A stretch of 64,000 nt of DNA, from NCBI GenBank assembly GCA_965226555.1, contig CBDDDG010000018.1:42548-106547 (forward strand). Direction: 5' to 3'. Position 1 is the first letter of the stretch. The number at the start of each line of letters is the position of its first letter. The DNA comes from Salinispira sp. GTDB taxonomy: Bacteria > Spirochaetota > Spirochaetia > DSM-27196 > Salinispiraceae. Made by a program: the position numbers and the translations under genes. Shown piece after piece: positions 32,609 to 43,037 of the stretch. The notes below the pieces were generated by a model. It worked only from the letters and a program-made list of their open reading frames with translations, made no database searches and was not told the DNA's origin.

Positions 32609-34382
32609 TGTTCTCTCCCGCGCCTGCCGCTCCCGTTGCGCCTGCCGCTCCCGTTGCGTCTGCCGCGCCCTTCTGAATTTTGAATATCTTATTATAGTAG
32701 CCGTCTGTATCTTTCAGCTCCGCATGACTGCCCTGCTGGGCAACCCTGCCGTTCTCCATAACAATTATGGTATTGCAGTGTTTCAGTGTTGAAATACGGT
32801 GGCTGACAATAATGGAGGTTTTCCCCTCCAGTTGCTTCAGGAGGGCAGTGAGAATTCGTTTTTCAGTGTCGGCATCGACCGCGCTGAGAGGATCATCGAG
32901 AAGAAGTATGGAGGGTTTTTTTGCCAGCGCCCGCGCGAGGCTGCTCCTCTGTTTCTGCCCTCCTGAAATGGTAACACCCTTTTCACCGACTACCGTATCC
33001 CAGCCATGGGGGAAGAGCTTGAAATCCTGACTCAGGCTCGCGGTTCGGATAACGTCATCCAGCTCCGCATCGCTTATCTCCTTAACTCCAAAGGCAATGT
33101 TATCACGCAGACTTGCCGAAAATAAAAAACTCCGCTGCGGCACATATCCGAAAATTTCCCGCAGCCAGTAGAGATTCACCTGCCGAATGTCGTGGCCGTT
33201 CATGGTAATTTTTCCCTCATCCCAATCCACAAGCCGAAGGAGGCAATTGAGCAGGGTACTTTTTCCGCTTCCTACCGGACCGGTAATACCGATGAGAACC
33301 GACTGCGGTATGCAAAGAGACACATTATTGAGAATGTGCTTTCCATGCAGGGAAAGCGAGAGCTTCTCTATGATCATGTCTCCCTCAAGATCGGGTGTAT
33401 TATCGGGAAAGGTATTTGCGATGACGGGGATATATGACAGTATTTTCTGAATTCTTTCAAGACTCACGGCTCCGCGCTGTATGAGATTGACAGTGAAGCC
33501 CGCTCCAATCATGGGCCAGATGAGAAGCTGGAGGTAGCTGAAGGTCGCGACGAGATCCCCGAAACTTATCTGCCCCAGAATGACCTGCCTTCCTCCAACG
33601 AGCAGAAGAATCATGTTGGTAAGCCCCGAGAGGAAAAGAACGGCAGGGAAGAAAAAACCGTTGAGCATTATCAGTTTCATATTCTTGTCTCGGTACTCAT
33701 CGTTGATTGTACTGAAGCGTTTGAGGAAAAAATCTTCCTTTACAAAGGATTTAATGATCCTGATATTTGCGAATGTTTCCTGGCAGTGATCGCTGAGCCG
33801 GGAAAAGCCTTCCTGCACCAATCGTGAAAGAGGACCGACAAATTTGCCGAACAAGAGGATCAGCACTGTCATGAACGGAAGGGGAATGATAATGTACGCG
33901 GCAAGTCCGGGTGTCTGGGTAAACATAATGGCAAGTATGGAAACAGTGAGAAAAATACCGTCAAAGGCTGCGACAAAGGCAATGCCCGCAGACATGCGGA
34001 TGGTCTGCATGTCGTTGGTGGAACGCGCCATGAGATCGCCAATGCTGTTTTTCTGATAAAAATCGGCGTCGAGAGTCATAAGATGCCTGAAAAGATCCCT
34101 CCGTATGCTCCTTTCAATGCGCCGCGCCGGGGTGCCTATGAAGTAGCGCCAGCTCAATCTGCCAATGCCGACACCAAACGATGCGGCGACCATGTACAGA
34201 ACAATGCTAAGAATATCTGAAAGTTCAAAATTTCCGGAACTAATAAGGTCAATGGATTGTTTTATAAACAGGGGAATGAGTAATTGGAAACCGTTTGTTA
34301 TGAATAAACCGAGAAATCCGCCAAGGTACCAGAGGCGGTATGGTTTCATATATCGAAAAAGTGTACGGTATTCTTTAAGCAT
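32595..34382 (-). CDS. ABC exporter ATPase/permease (MdlA-like half)
   Basis: GPVGSGKS, ISGGQKQR, LLDDPLSAVD. Confidence 0.92.
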   Translation of the reverse strand: MLKEYRTLFRYMKPYRLWYLGGFLGLFITNGFQLLIPLFIKQSIDLISSGNFELSDILSIVLYMVAASFGVGIGRLSWRYFIGTPARRIERSIRRDLFRHLMTLDADFYQKNSIGDLMARSTNDMQTIRMSAGIAFVAAFDGIFLTVSILAIMFTQTPGLAAYIIIPLPFMTVLILLFGKFVGPLSRLVQEGFSRLSDHCQETFANIRIIKSFVKEDFFLKRFSTINDEYRDKNMKLIMLNGFFFPAVLFLSGLTNMILLLVGGRQVILGQISFGDLVATFSYLQLLIWPMIGAGFTVNLIQRGAVSLERIQKILSYIPVIANTFPDNTPDLEGDMIIEKLSLSLHGKHILNNVSLCIPQSVLIGITGPVGSGKSTLLNCLLRLVDWDEGKITMNGHDIRQVNLYWLREIFGYVPQRSFLFSASLRDNIAFGVKEISDAELDDVIRTASLSQDFKLFPHGWDTVVGEKGVTISGGQKQRSSLARALAKKPSILLLDDPLSAVDADTEKRILTALLKQLEGKTSIIVSHRISTLKHCNTIIVMENGRVAQQGSHAELKDTDGYYNKIFKIQKGAADATGAAGATGAAGAGENNDSA

Positions 34383-34397
34383 GTGTATGTATTCCTC

Positions 34398-35132
34398 TTA
34401 TTCCTCTTGTTGCCACGCGGTCAGTTGCTCTGCAATGAGTGTACGGGCTCTTTCAAGATCTCCCGAAATCTGCTTTTTGTTTTCAGGAGCGGGAAGAACG
34501 GTGAGAATTTTCACCTTATAGTTTACCGAATTTCTGCGGATAAAGTCGATTATGCGGCTGAATTTCCATCCTCCGTCAACGGCGAGTACAACAGTTGGTA
34601 CCATGAGTATACTCTGAACTATGCGGTATGCGCCAATGTTAAATTTCTGAAGTTCCCTGTTGCGGCTGCGTGTGCCCTCGGGAAAAATATGCGGGTTCAC
34701 ATGATTCAGCGCGCAGAACCGGGTAAAAACTGCGAGAGTATGGTATGTTTTTCGAAAATCCGAATATCGGTTAATAAGGCAATGGCGTCCATAGCGAAGA
34801 ACGGTTGAAAAGGCAGGAACATGGCGGCCGAGTTCTTTCTTTGCCACAAAGCGTATTCGGGGAAAGGATAGTAAAACCATGAAGATATCGATGAAGCTCT
34901 GATGATTCGACAGAACAATAAAATGCTCAGGCAGGGAAATAGTATTGTCTTCATGGATGATATTGATTCGGGAAAAGAGCTTTCCGCAGCGGAAAAAGGC
35001 CCGAGCGGTATCGGCTGCGATTTTTTCCATATACCGCATGCGTTTTTTGCGGGAAAGGAATAGTACGGCGTATGCGCCCCGAATATCTGTGTAGAAATGG
35101 TAAAAAAGTACGAAAGAAATGAATAGTACCAT
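34398..35132 (-). CDS. plsC: 1-acyl-sn-glycerol-3-phosphate acyltransferase
   Basis: NHQSFID and FPEGTRS motifs. Confidence 0.88.
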   Translation of the reverse strand: MVLFISFVLFYHFYTDIRGAYAVLFLSRKKRMRYMEKIAADTARAFFRCGKLFSRINIIHEDNTISLPEHFIVLSNHQSFIDIFMVLLSFPRIRFVAKKELGRHVPAFSTVLRYGRHCLINRYSDFRKTYHTLAVFTRFCALNHVNPHIFPEGTRSRNRELQKFNIGAYRIVQSILMVPTVVLAVDGGWKFSRIIDFIRRNSVNYKVKILTVLPAPENKKQISGDLERARTLIAEQLTAWQQEE

Positions 35133-35157
35133 ATGATCCTTTTTTTGTTATTTCAGA

Positions 35158-35186
35158 TTGACAGACATAAATATCTTTGCTACCGT
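35158..35186 (+). promoter_or_regulatory. Sigma70 promoter of rpsT
   Basis: TTGACA-17 bp-TACCGT with TG extension. Confidence 0.6.
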
Positions 35187-35255
35187 TGTCGTTTGATATC
35201 AAATGTATCAAAAATTAGATGTGTATTGTAACAAAAAATTGAATGGAGGTTAACC

Positions 35256-35528
35256 TTGGCTGTCCTGAAAAGTGCTGAAAAACGACATCGGCAGAGTGTG
35301 AAACGGAGAATGCGTAATCGAATGACAAAAAGTCAGATTCGCAATACCATAAAATTATTTCTTACTACAGTGAGTAATGGTGATAAAGCAGAGGCTGAAA
35401 AGGCCTTCAAAAGCCTTCAAAAGCAACTTGATACTGCTAAAAGGCGGGGGATCATGCATGAAAATACCGTTGCCCGTAAAAAATCCCGCATGGCGAAGCA
35501 GTTGAACGGCATGGCGGTACGTTCTTAA
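35256..35528 (+). CDS. rpsT: 30S ribosomal protein S20
   Basis: KSAEKRHRQS..N..KS..HENTVARKKSR. Confidence 0.95.
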   Translation: MAVLKSAEKRHRQSVKRRMRNRMTKSQIRNTIKLFLTTVSNGDKAEAEKAFKSLQKQLDTAKRRGIMHENTVARKKSRMAKQLNGMAVRS

Positions 35529-35552
35529 TTTTCCAACATTAGGAGTACTGAG

Positions 35553-35852
35553 GTGCCCAAAGAAAAAATGACAAAGGCAGCAATTGTCGATACCATTGCA
35601 GATGAGACCGGACTGACGAGAAGGGATGTTCAAAACATTGTGAATAAGACCCTCGTTCAGCTGAAATCGGCCATTGCTTCAAGTCAGATTGTTGAACTTC
35701 GCGGGTTCGGCACCTTTGAGGTACGTGTGCGGAAGGGCAGAGACAGGGCGCGGAATCCCAAGACCGGGCAAATTGTCGCGGTGGAAGATCATGGCGTTGT
35801 TGTTTTTCGTCCGGGGAAGGAGTTGAAAAACATAGCCTGGCCGCTCTGCTGA
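35553..35852 (+). CDS. HU/IHF family DNA-binding protein
   Basis: VELRGFGTF..ARNPKTG..FRPGKELK; follows rpsT like spirochaete hbb. Confidence 0.93.
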   Translation: MPKEKMTKAAIVDTIADETGLTRRDVQNIVNKTLVQLKSAIASSQIVELRGFGTFEVRVRKGRDRARNPKTGQIVAVEDHGVVVFRPGKELKNIAWPLC

Positions 35853-35902
35853 ATGACCGGCAGCTGCGCTGAATAACTGTCCGCCGTTCTGGAGACCCAT
35901 CA

Positions 35903-37597
35903 ATGTCGAACACGAATCGCTTTCCACATCAAAGCCCCGCCCCTCCAAAAAACACCCCGAAAAAATATGGCGGAACCATTCACGCACTTTTTTCTGAGCT
36001 GGGCGGAATTGCCCTGTCTGTTGTTCTTTTTTACCTTTCCTTTCCGAACAATTTTTCTCACAACGGTTTCGGAGCGCTCGGCTTCGTTGCCCTGTTTCCT
36101 CTTGTGCGCGTTATCAACCGCGCTCCGCTATGGCGCCTTCTCATCTATGCGCCCCTGACCGGATTCACCACCTACGCCCTCTTTAATATATGGCTCATCA
36201 ATTTTCATCCCCTCGCCATTATCGTTGTGCCGGCAATTTATGCCGTGTATTATCTTATTCTCATTCCCCTCATGAAACTGCCGACCTATGCCTTCGGTCG
36301 CCATGCTTGGCTCATACAGGTCATTATCTGGGTGGCATATGAGTATGTCCGAACGCTGGGCTTCCTCGGCTATCCATACGGGATAATCGCATATACCCAG
36401 TATCTGAACATACCGCTGCTCAATTTTGCCTCACTGGGCGGAATAAGCGCCGTCAGCGCTCTTGTTGTTATGCCGCAGTTCTTTCTGGCGCAAATTCTTG
36501 ACGGCAGAAAATCGGGGCTGCGGTTTCGGGAAAAAATCTGCCAATTCAAAGCGGAAATTATCGGCATGGGGGTATTGTGTTCTTTTGCCCTGCTGTATGG
36601 AGTATTCTCTCAGGTCGATTACAGCGATGCTCCGCGGGTAAAAATGACACTGGTACAGCAGAATGTTGATCCATGGATAGGCGGCCTCCGGGCATACAAA
36701 AATTCCATGGATGCCAGCATTCGGCAGACCCGCCGCGCTCTTGAGGAAACTCCCGATACAGAACTCATTGTATGGTCGGAAACAAGCTTCATTCCCGCCA
36801 TAGACTTTCATAGCACATATCGGAATGAGGTCGAGAAATATGAATTGGTCGATGAGCTTCTTGAGTACATCAATTCAACGAATGTACCTGTGTTACTTGG
36901 AAATGGCGATGGACAGCTGGTGATGAATGAAGAAGGAGAGTATGTGCGGGAAGACTATAACGCAGTGTACCTCTATAAGAACCGTAGTGAACGTCAGATA
37001 TACCGCAAACTCCATTTAGTACCCTTCAGCGAATATTTTCCGTATGAAAAACAGATGCCGCGGCTCCATAAGGTTCTTGTGGATAGTAATACCAGTTTCT
37101 GGGAGAAGGGAGATGAGTGGACGGTATTTGAGCTGGAAAATCTGAAGAATGTAGAGAGGCTCCGTTTTTCAACTCCCATTTGTTTTGAAGATTCCTTCGC
37201 CTATTTGAACAGGGGCTTTGTTCAGCGCGGCGCCGATCTTATTATCAATGTAACAAACGATTCATGGTCAAAATCCATACCGGCTGCCGTCCAGCATGCC
37301 GCCATGGCAGTATTCCGCAGTGTTGAGAACCGCAGAACCATGGTGAGGTCGACAAATGGAGGATTAACTGTTGTTATTGATCCCAATGGACGAATTATAC
37401 ACAGAAATGAGCCCTTCACCGAGAGTTTCATAACCGTCGATGTTCCAATATACACACAAAGCACCGGAATCTATACCCGTACCGGAGACATTCCCGCTCA
37501 GATATTTCTGACATTGGCTACTGCGCTGAGTGCGCTGTCCATTGGCATGATCGGCATCGGCAAAGCGAAAGCGAATGTGAAAATTGTTGTTGCATAG
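35903..37597 (+). CDS. lnt: Apolipoprotein N-acyltransferase
   Basis: Multi-TM, VWSE, YRKLHLVPFSEY, ICFE, NVTNDSW. Confidence 0.93.
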   Translation: MSNTNRFPHQSPAPPKNTPKKYGGTIHALFSELGGIALSVVLFYLSFPNNFSHNGFGALGFVALFPLVRVINRAPLWRLLIYAPLTGFTTYALFNIWLINFHPLAIIVVPAIYAVYYLILIPLMKLPTYAFGRHAWLIQVIIWVAYEYVRTLGFLGYPYGIIAYTQYLNIPLLNFASLGGISAVSALVVMPQFFLAQILDGRKSGLRFREKICQFKAEIIGMGVLCSFALLYGVFSQVDYSDAPRVKMTLVQQNVDPWIGGLRAYKNSMDASIRQTRRALEETPDTELIVWSETSFIPAIDFHSTYRNEVEKYELVDELLEYINSTNVPVLLGNGDGQLVMNEEGEYVREDYNAVYLYKNRSERQIYRKLHLVPFSEYFPYEKQMPRLHKVLVDSNTSFWEKGDEWTVFELENLKNVERLRFSTPICFEDSFAYLNRGFVQRGADLIINVTNDSWSKSIPAAVQHAAMAVFRSVENRRTMVRSTNGGLTVVIDPNGRIIHRNEPFTESFITVDVPIYTQSTGIYTRTGDIPAQIFLTLATALSALSIGMIGIGKAKANVKIVVA

Positions 37598-37706
37598 GAT
37601 TTCTAAAACTGATATTATGCCGCAACCGCAAAAATAATGGCGGGAGCCGTAAGAATTTTTCTGAGGCAAAACTTTGTCATAGTACCTTAGAAGGAGGTAA
37701 TATACT

Positions 37707-39448
37707 ATGAAAATTACGACATACAGTTGGGGGGGGTAACCCTTTTTATTCTCTGCTCAATTTTTATTGTACTGATGGCGGGATGTCCAACACCGATTGC
37801 GCCGCCTGCCATGTATGCTCCAACTCTCACAGCGGGGAGCGAACAGCTCACCGCATCGTGGGTTGATCCGACTACATGGAATTGGAGTTTCAACAACGCT
37901 GAGAACGATATTACTGAATATCACCTGCGCTATCGGGAAGTCGGCAGCGAGAGCTGGACGGAGATTACCTCCGGTATTACCGGCACAAGCCACGTCATTA
38001 CCGAGCTGACAAACGGCCTCAGTTATGCCGTGCAGGTGCGCGCCGTCAACGCGCAGGGCACCGGCGGCTGGTCGGCGTCTTCCACGGCAAGCCCTACTGC
38101 AACTCTCACTGTTCCTGATGCGCCGACTGCTCCAGCCCTTGAAGCGGGCACTGGGCAGATCATTGCCACATGGACTGCGCCCGATAACGGCGGCAGCCTC
38201 ATTACCGGGTATGAACTGCGATATCGCACAGATGCGGAGCCATGGACGATCATTAGCTACGGCATTGCCTGCGCACGCAGCGAGGGGCAGACAGAAGTCT
38301 GTCAATTTGCCTTCTCATCGTACTCATCGTACTCTCCTCCTTACACAATTCACAGCATTACGGCAGACGGCGCCAACTATCAACTACAGGTGCGCGCTAT
38401 CAACGCTCAAGGCGCGGGCGAATGGTCTGCATCCGCAATGTTCCCGTTTCCGTTTGCAACGCAGCTTCCAGCGGGGATGGCAGCGGTCGTAATTTTTCCG
38501 GCTGATATTGATAACCCCCTTGCCCCTGAAATTGCCACCGAGCTCAGCGTTTCTTTGACCACGGTGGGAGCAAGCAATATCACGGTCGAGGATGGAGACA
38601 TTACGGCGGTTACCCCCGCAGCTACGCCCAATGGGGTCACCCTACCGACTGTCGATTCGAGCAGCGGATTTATTACGCTTACAGTTGCCGCGGATACAAC
38701 GGCAGGAACATATGTGGTATATGACGATTCGATCGGAGCCGACGGTCGACGGGTTGCCGAGTATTTTTACGTTACCGTGAGTCCTCCTACTAACGCTGAA
38801 CTGAAAACAGCGGTAAATGCGGGAATATCAACCTGGGGCGATACTGCCAACCTCAACTACATTATTACCGCCGCAGTAACGGATATGTCCGATATTTTCA
38901 GTGCTAAGACCACATTTAATGGTGATATCTCACTTTGGGATACTACAGCGGTAACGAATATGTTCCAAATGTTTATTAGCGCAGAGGTATTCAATGGCGA
39001 TATTTCGGATTGGGATGTCAGTTCGGTAACGAATGTAAGCAAGATGTTCTTTTTTGCAACCTCATTCAATGGTGATATCTCGGGCTGGGATGTCAGTTCG
39101 GTAACGAATATGTCCGTAATGTTCTCTTACGCAGGAGCATTCAATATCGATATTTCCGGCTGGAATGTCAGTAAGGTAACGAATATGCAAAGTATGTTCG
39201 ATTCGGCAGACACATTCAATGCCGATATCTCGGATTGGGATGTCAGTTCGGTAACGAATATGATCAGTATGTTCAGGAGTGCAAGCGTATTCAATGTCGA
39301 TCTTGAGGAGTGGAAGGATCATTGGACGCTTAATGCCGCTGACAAATATACCGGAACCACAACAAATATGTTTCAGGGTTCCGGCTTGGATGTGGATACA
39401 GATGATGCGACCCCTGGGAAGCAACCGAATTTTCCGACATGGTATTAG
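37707..39448 (+). CDS. Surface lipoprotein: 2x fn3 plus DUF285 repeats; frameshifted at G8 in signal peptide
   Basis: AAGGAGGT SD, ATG 37707, stop immediately after G8; +1 G joins it to the MAGC lipobox frame. Confidence 0.85.
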
Positions 39449-39999
39449 GAGTTTCATAACTCGCAGCGGCCATTGAAATGTTGCAATTCAACTCAGGCAG
39501 GCGCGGATTTTCCCCGGACGCATGGGCGAGCAGGAGGCGCAAGCCTCCGACCAGCCCCGTACCTGCCTTTTTTTGATTGCTCGCCATGCGTCTGTTGCTG
39601 GGATTGGGAGATGGACAGATGCTTGCGTCCGGCTTGCCATGCGTCCGGACTGATCAAACAGTAATATCCCAAAATAATAAAACTTTTTCAAAAACTTTCT
39701 CATTTTCACCGTTCATATTTTACCCGTCTATATGGTATGAGCAAAAAATATATCGGTATGGTACACGCTGGAAATATGCTTTCGAAAATCCTCAGATATT
39801 CTGGGACTTCATACATTCATATTTCAACAAAGGCCTCGCGGGGAGCATGGAGAGCATCAACACAGAGCATACCAGCCCCCCATTCCCGATCCCTCCCTCC
39901 CGACTCCCCGAAAAAAATTCACAACATTCTTTCAAATTCTCTCAAAAAACACAGTCAAAAATGACAGTTCTCCCGTTATAGATATAGCAGGAGATATTT

Positions 40000-41056
40000 G
40001 TGAAAAAATCATCCCACAGCACAGGCCATATCCACGACATAGCCTTTAAGCTCGCCTACTACAGAACCCCCCGGCTGATTCCCGACCTGCTGCGGCTGTT
40101 CTGTGAGGGTACGACTCTTGCCAAGCTGGACATGGACAAAATCCGCATTGAAACCCCCAGCTACATTGCGGGAAAAAAGAACCTTCACTGCGATCTCGTT
40201 GTCAGCGCCCCCTTCCTGTCAGACCCTGAGCGGAAAGCTCTTTTCATTATTGAGCACAAAAGCTACCAGCACAAACATGCTCTCACACAGATCGATAATT
40301 ATCAGCATGCCCTCAGAAACAGCAATGTGTACAATGAAAATGATGCTATCTATATACTGCTGCTCTACCATGGAAAAAAGGAATGGAACCTCCCACTCAC
40401 ATTTTACAGTTCGCATGGAAATGCTGCTTCCGAATCCATGACTGAAGGCACGGTAGATGTCAAGGTGAAAGTGTCGTACATTGTGCGCGATCTTTGTAGA
40501 ATGAAAAAGGAGCAGTTGGCATGGCGCTTCGATGGAAAACGATATACATCGACTGCGTTGTGGTATATAATGCGAGATAATAACAAAGTTTTTCCTTTAG
40601 GAAAAACTTTCTATACCTTGAGAGAATCAAGAGTATAGATGAGAGAATCCTCATTTGAAAATTGTGCAGAGCACAATTTTCAGTGAGATGGATGCTGAGG
40701 GGCTGAAAGAGATTGCGCAGCTCCTGAACGGTCTGTCATCACAAGACTTTACTGATCTGGCAGAGAGTGTGCTAGGTTATCTAAAAGATCTGGGACTGTA
40801 TGAACAGTTTGAGAAAATTGACAGGGAAGTATATCCTGAAGGAGAAAACAGTATGCGGACATATAACATAACCAACGCCTTCGTGAGGGAAGGCATGGAG
40901 AAAGGCATTCTGAAAGGTCGTGTTGAGGGGCATATTGAGGAGCGGAGAAAAAACGCCCGCAGTATGTTTTCCAAAGGATTTTCAGCCCATGACATTCAGG
41001 ATGTTACCGGGCTGAGCGATGAGGAAATGCGCGCATTGCGGAACGGATCGCATTAA
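40000..41056 (+). pseudogene. Rpn nuclease type B split by MITE 40583-40683; C-terminal 40853-41056 intact with SD
   Basis: HDIAFK/CDLVV/IEHKS; the stop lies inside the MITE. Confidence 0.88.
40583..40683. mobile_element. 101-bp double-hairpin MITE
   Basis: Reverse complement of the unit at 25058-25158. Confidence 0.85.
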
Positions 41057-41207
41057 TTATTGCCGTTCGGCCTGCGCGCATAGCGGATAATATCAACATC
41101 TGGATCAACCTCACATACCAGTTCCTTCAGGAATGCTCGGGGAGGGTCTGTTGATAGACTTTATGCAAAACTTTCTAGTAGAAATAATCCACCACAGAGA
41201 GGAACCT

Positions 41208-42209
41208 ATGAAAATACTTATTACCGGAGGAGCAGGATACATTGGAAGTACCATTGCATCTGCTCTGGAAGACAATGGACATGTTCCGATTATACTGGAC
41301 TCGCTGGTAAAGGGACATGAACGATTCACTCATAACAGGATATTTTTCAAGGGCGATATTTCCGATAAAACTATTCTGGAGAGAATTTTCACTGAGCACC
41401 CGGATATTAATCTCACTATTCACTGCGCAGCGCAGATCGTTGTGCCTGAATCGGTAGAAAATCCATATAAATATTATCATGAAAATATCTACAAGTCGGT
41501 GGAGCTGCTGCATAATCTGGAGCGCTCCAATAAGAAGCGGGTCATATTCAGCTCTTCAGCATCAATGTATAATTTGGAAAATACCTTTATTGCCGAAGAA
41601 GACTCTCCAATTGGCGCAGATTCACCGTATGCCTTTACGAAAATTGTTATTGAACAGGCTCTTGCGGACTTTGTAAGGGCATATAATTTCAGGGTTATCT
41701 CTCTCCGTTATTTTAATCCCATTGGCGCTGACCCGGCTTTCCGCTCAGGTCCCTATGATCCGAATCCTTCCCATCTTCTGGGTGCCCTCGGAGAAACTGC
41801 CTCAGGAAAACGGGAAGTGTTTGAGATAACAGGGGTGGATTGGCCGACACGCGACGGTTCGGCAATACGTGATTATATTCATGTCTGGGATCTTGCGCAG
41901 GCCCATGTGAAGGCAGTGGAAAGATTTGATGAGGTATTAGAACAGGAAGATTCAGGATACTCGGTTATCAACCTCGGCAGCGAAAGAGGTACTACCGTCA
42001 AGGAATTTGTCGGAGCCTTTGAAACCGTTATTGGCAAAAAGCTGAATAAACGGGAATCGGCTCCTCGCCAGGGAGATAAAATCGGCGCGTATGCATGTTC
42101 CGTCAAGGCGCTGGATCTATTGGGCTGGAAATGTGAACTGACAATACCCGATGGTATTCGGCATGCCCTGCAGTGGAATGAGAAACGTCGGGAAGTTCTC
42201 GGGTATTGA
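41208..42209 (+). CDS. galE: UDP-glucose 4-epimerase
   Basis: MKILITGGAGYIGS, FSSSA, YxxxK, LRYFNP, RDYIHVWDLA. Confidence 0.93.
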   Translation: MKILITGGAGYIGSTIASALEDNGHVPIILDSLVKGHERFTHNRIFFKGDISDKTILERIFTEHPDINLTIHCAAQIVVPESVENPYKYYHENIYKSVELLHNLERSNKKRVIFSSSASMYNLENTFIAEEDSPIGADSPYAFTKIVIEQALADFVRAYNFRVISLRYFNPIGADPAFRSGPYDPNPSHLLGALGETASGKREVFEITGVDWPTRDGSAIRDYIHVWDLAQAHVKAVERFDEVLEQEDSGYSVINLGSERGTTVKEFVGAFETVIGKKLNKRESAPRQGDKIGAYACSVKALDLLGWKCELTIPDGIRHALQWNEKRREVLGY

Positions 42210-42297
42210 CAGGCATGACATCCGTATATAGAATGATACAAAGTTTTGTCTGATTTGCAGAGCAAAATTTTCAGTAAGCAATCCCATTGGAGTATTT

Positions 42298-42516
42298 GTG
42301 GCAAAAGAAGAAGCAATTGAAGTTGAAGGAATTGTCAAAGAAGCATTGCCGAACACAATGTTTCGGGTAGAGCTGGATAATGGTCATATTATTCTCACTC
42401 ACCTTTCCGGAAAAATGCGTAAGCACTATATCCGTATTGTTCCGGGCGACAAGGTAAAGGTTGCTCTTTCTCCCTATGATCTGACCCGCGGCAGAATTAT
42501 TTTCAGGGAACGCTAA
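42298..42516 (+). CDS. infA: Translation initiation factor IF-1
   Basis: [30 protein letters not shown]. Confidence 0.98.
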   Translation: MAKEEAIEVEGIVKEALPNTMFRVELDNGHIILTHLSGKMRKHYIRIVPGDKVKVALSPYDLTRGRIIFRER

Positions 42517-42623
42517 CTGCCCATATTTCGCGGCCGCTGAGGAATTGGCGGGTGCCTGCGGCCTGCGGATTGATTTTCTGGTTTTGGGGATTTCGCGGAT
42601 GCTGAGGAATTGGCTGCGAGGGA

Positions 42624-43037
42624 TTATTTAATAACAACCCACAGAGCGCCGCTGCCGCCGTCTTTTTTACGGGCTTTCATTCTCATGCCCGCGTGCGGAT
42701 ATGTGTCGAGGAAGCTATGCACCACCGATCGGAGAACCGGTTCGCCGTTGCTATGTATCCCTCTTCCGTGAATAATAAGCACCTTTCGGTATTCCTTCTT
42801 TTTGGCAGAGCGCATAAATTCCGCTACTGCCTGCTTTGCCTCTGCTGCCGTCAAGCCATGGATATCCAGCGTGTCGTTAATCCGCCACTTTCGGGGATGC
42901 ACCCGATCCCGGCGGGAAATATCTGATTGATGATCATCGATTTTTGGCTCATACCGATATTCTTCAGATGCCCCATCCGCCTTCCGGCTGCCCTTCGCTT
43001 TTTCCCACTTGTCCAGAATAGTGCCGAAATCATTCAT
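42624..43037 (-). CDS. Smr/MutS2 C-terminal domain protein
   Basis: LDIHG, IIHGRG.HS, GGSGA. Confidence 0.9.
   Translation of the reverse strand: MNDFGTILDKWEKAKGSRKADGASEEYRYEPKIDDHQSDISRRDRVHPRKWRINDTLDIHGLTAAEAKQAVAEFMRSAKKKEYRKVLIIHGRGIHSNGEPVLRSVVHSFLDTYPHAGMRMKARKKDGGSGALWVVIK

Noticed and set aside
42535..42615. GCTGAGGAATTGGC direct repeat between infA and the Smr gene
   Set aside because: Only two copies and no further support for a function.
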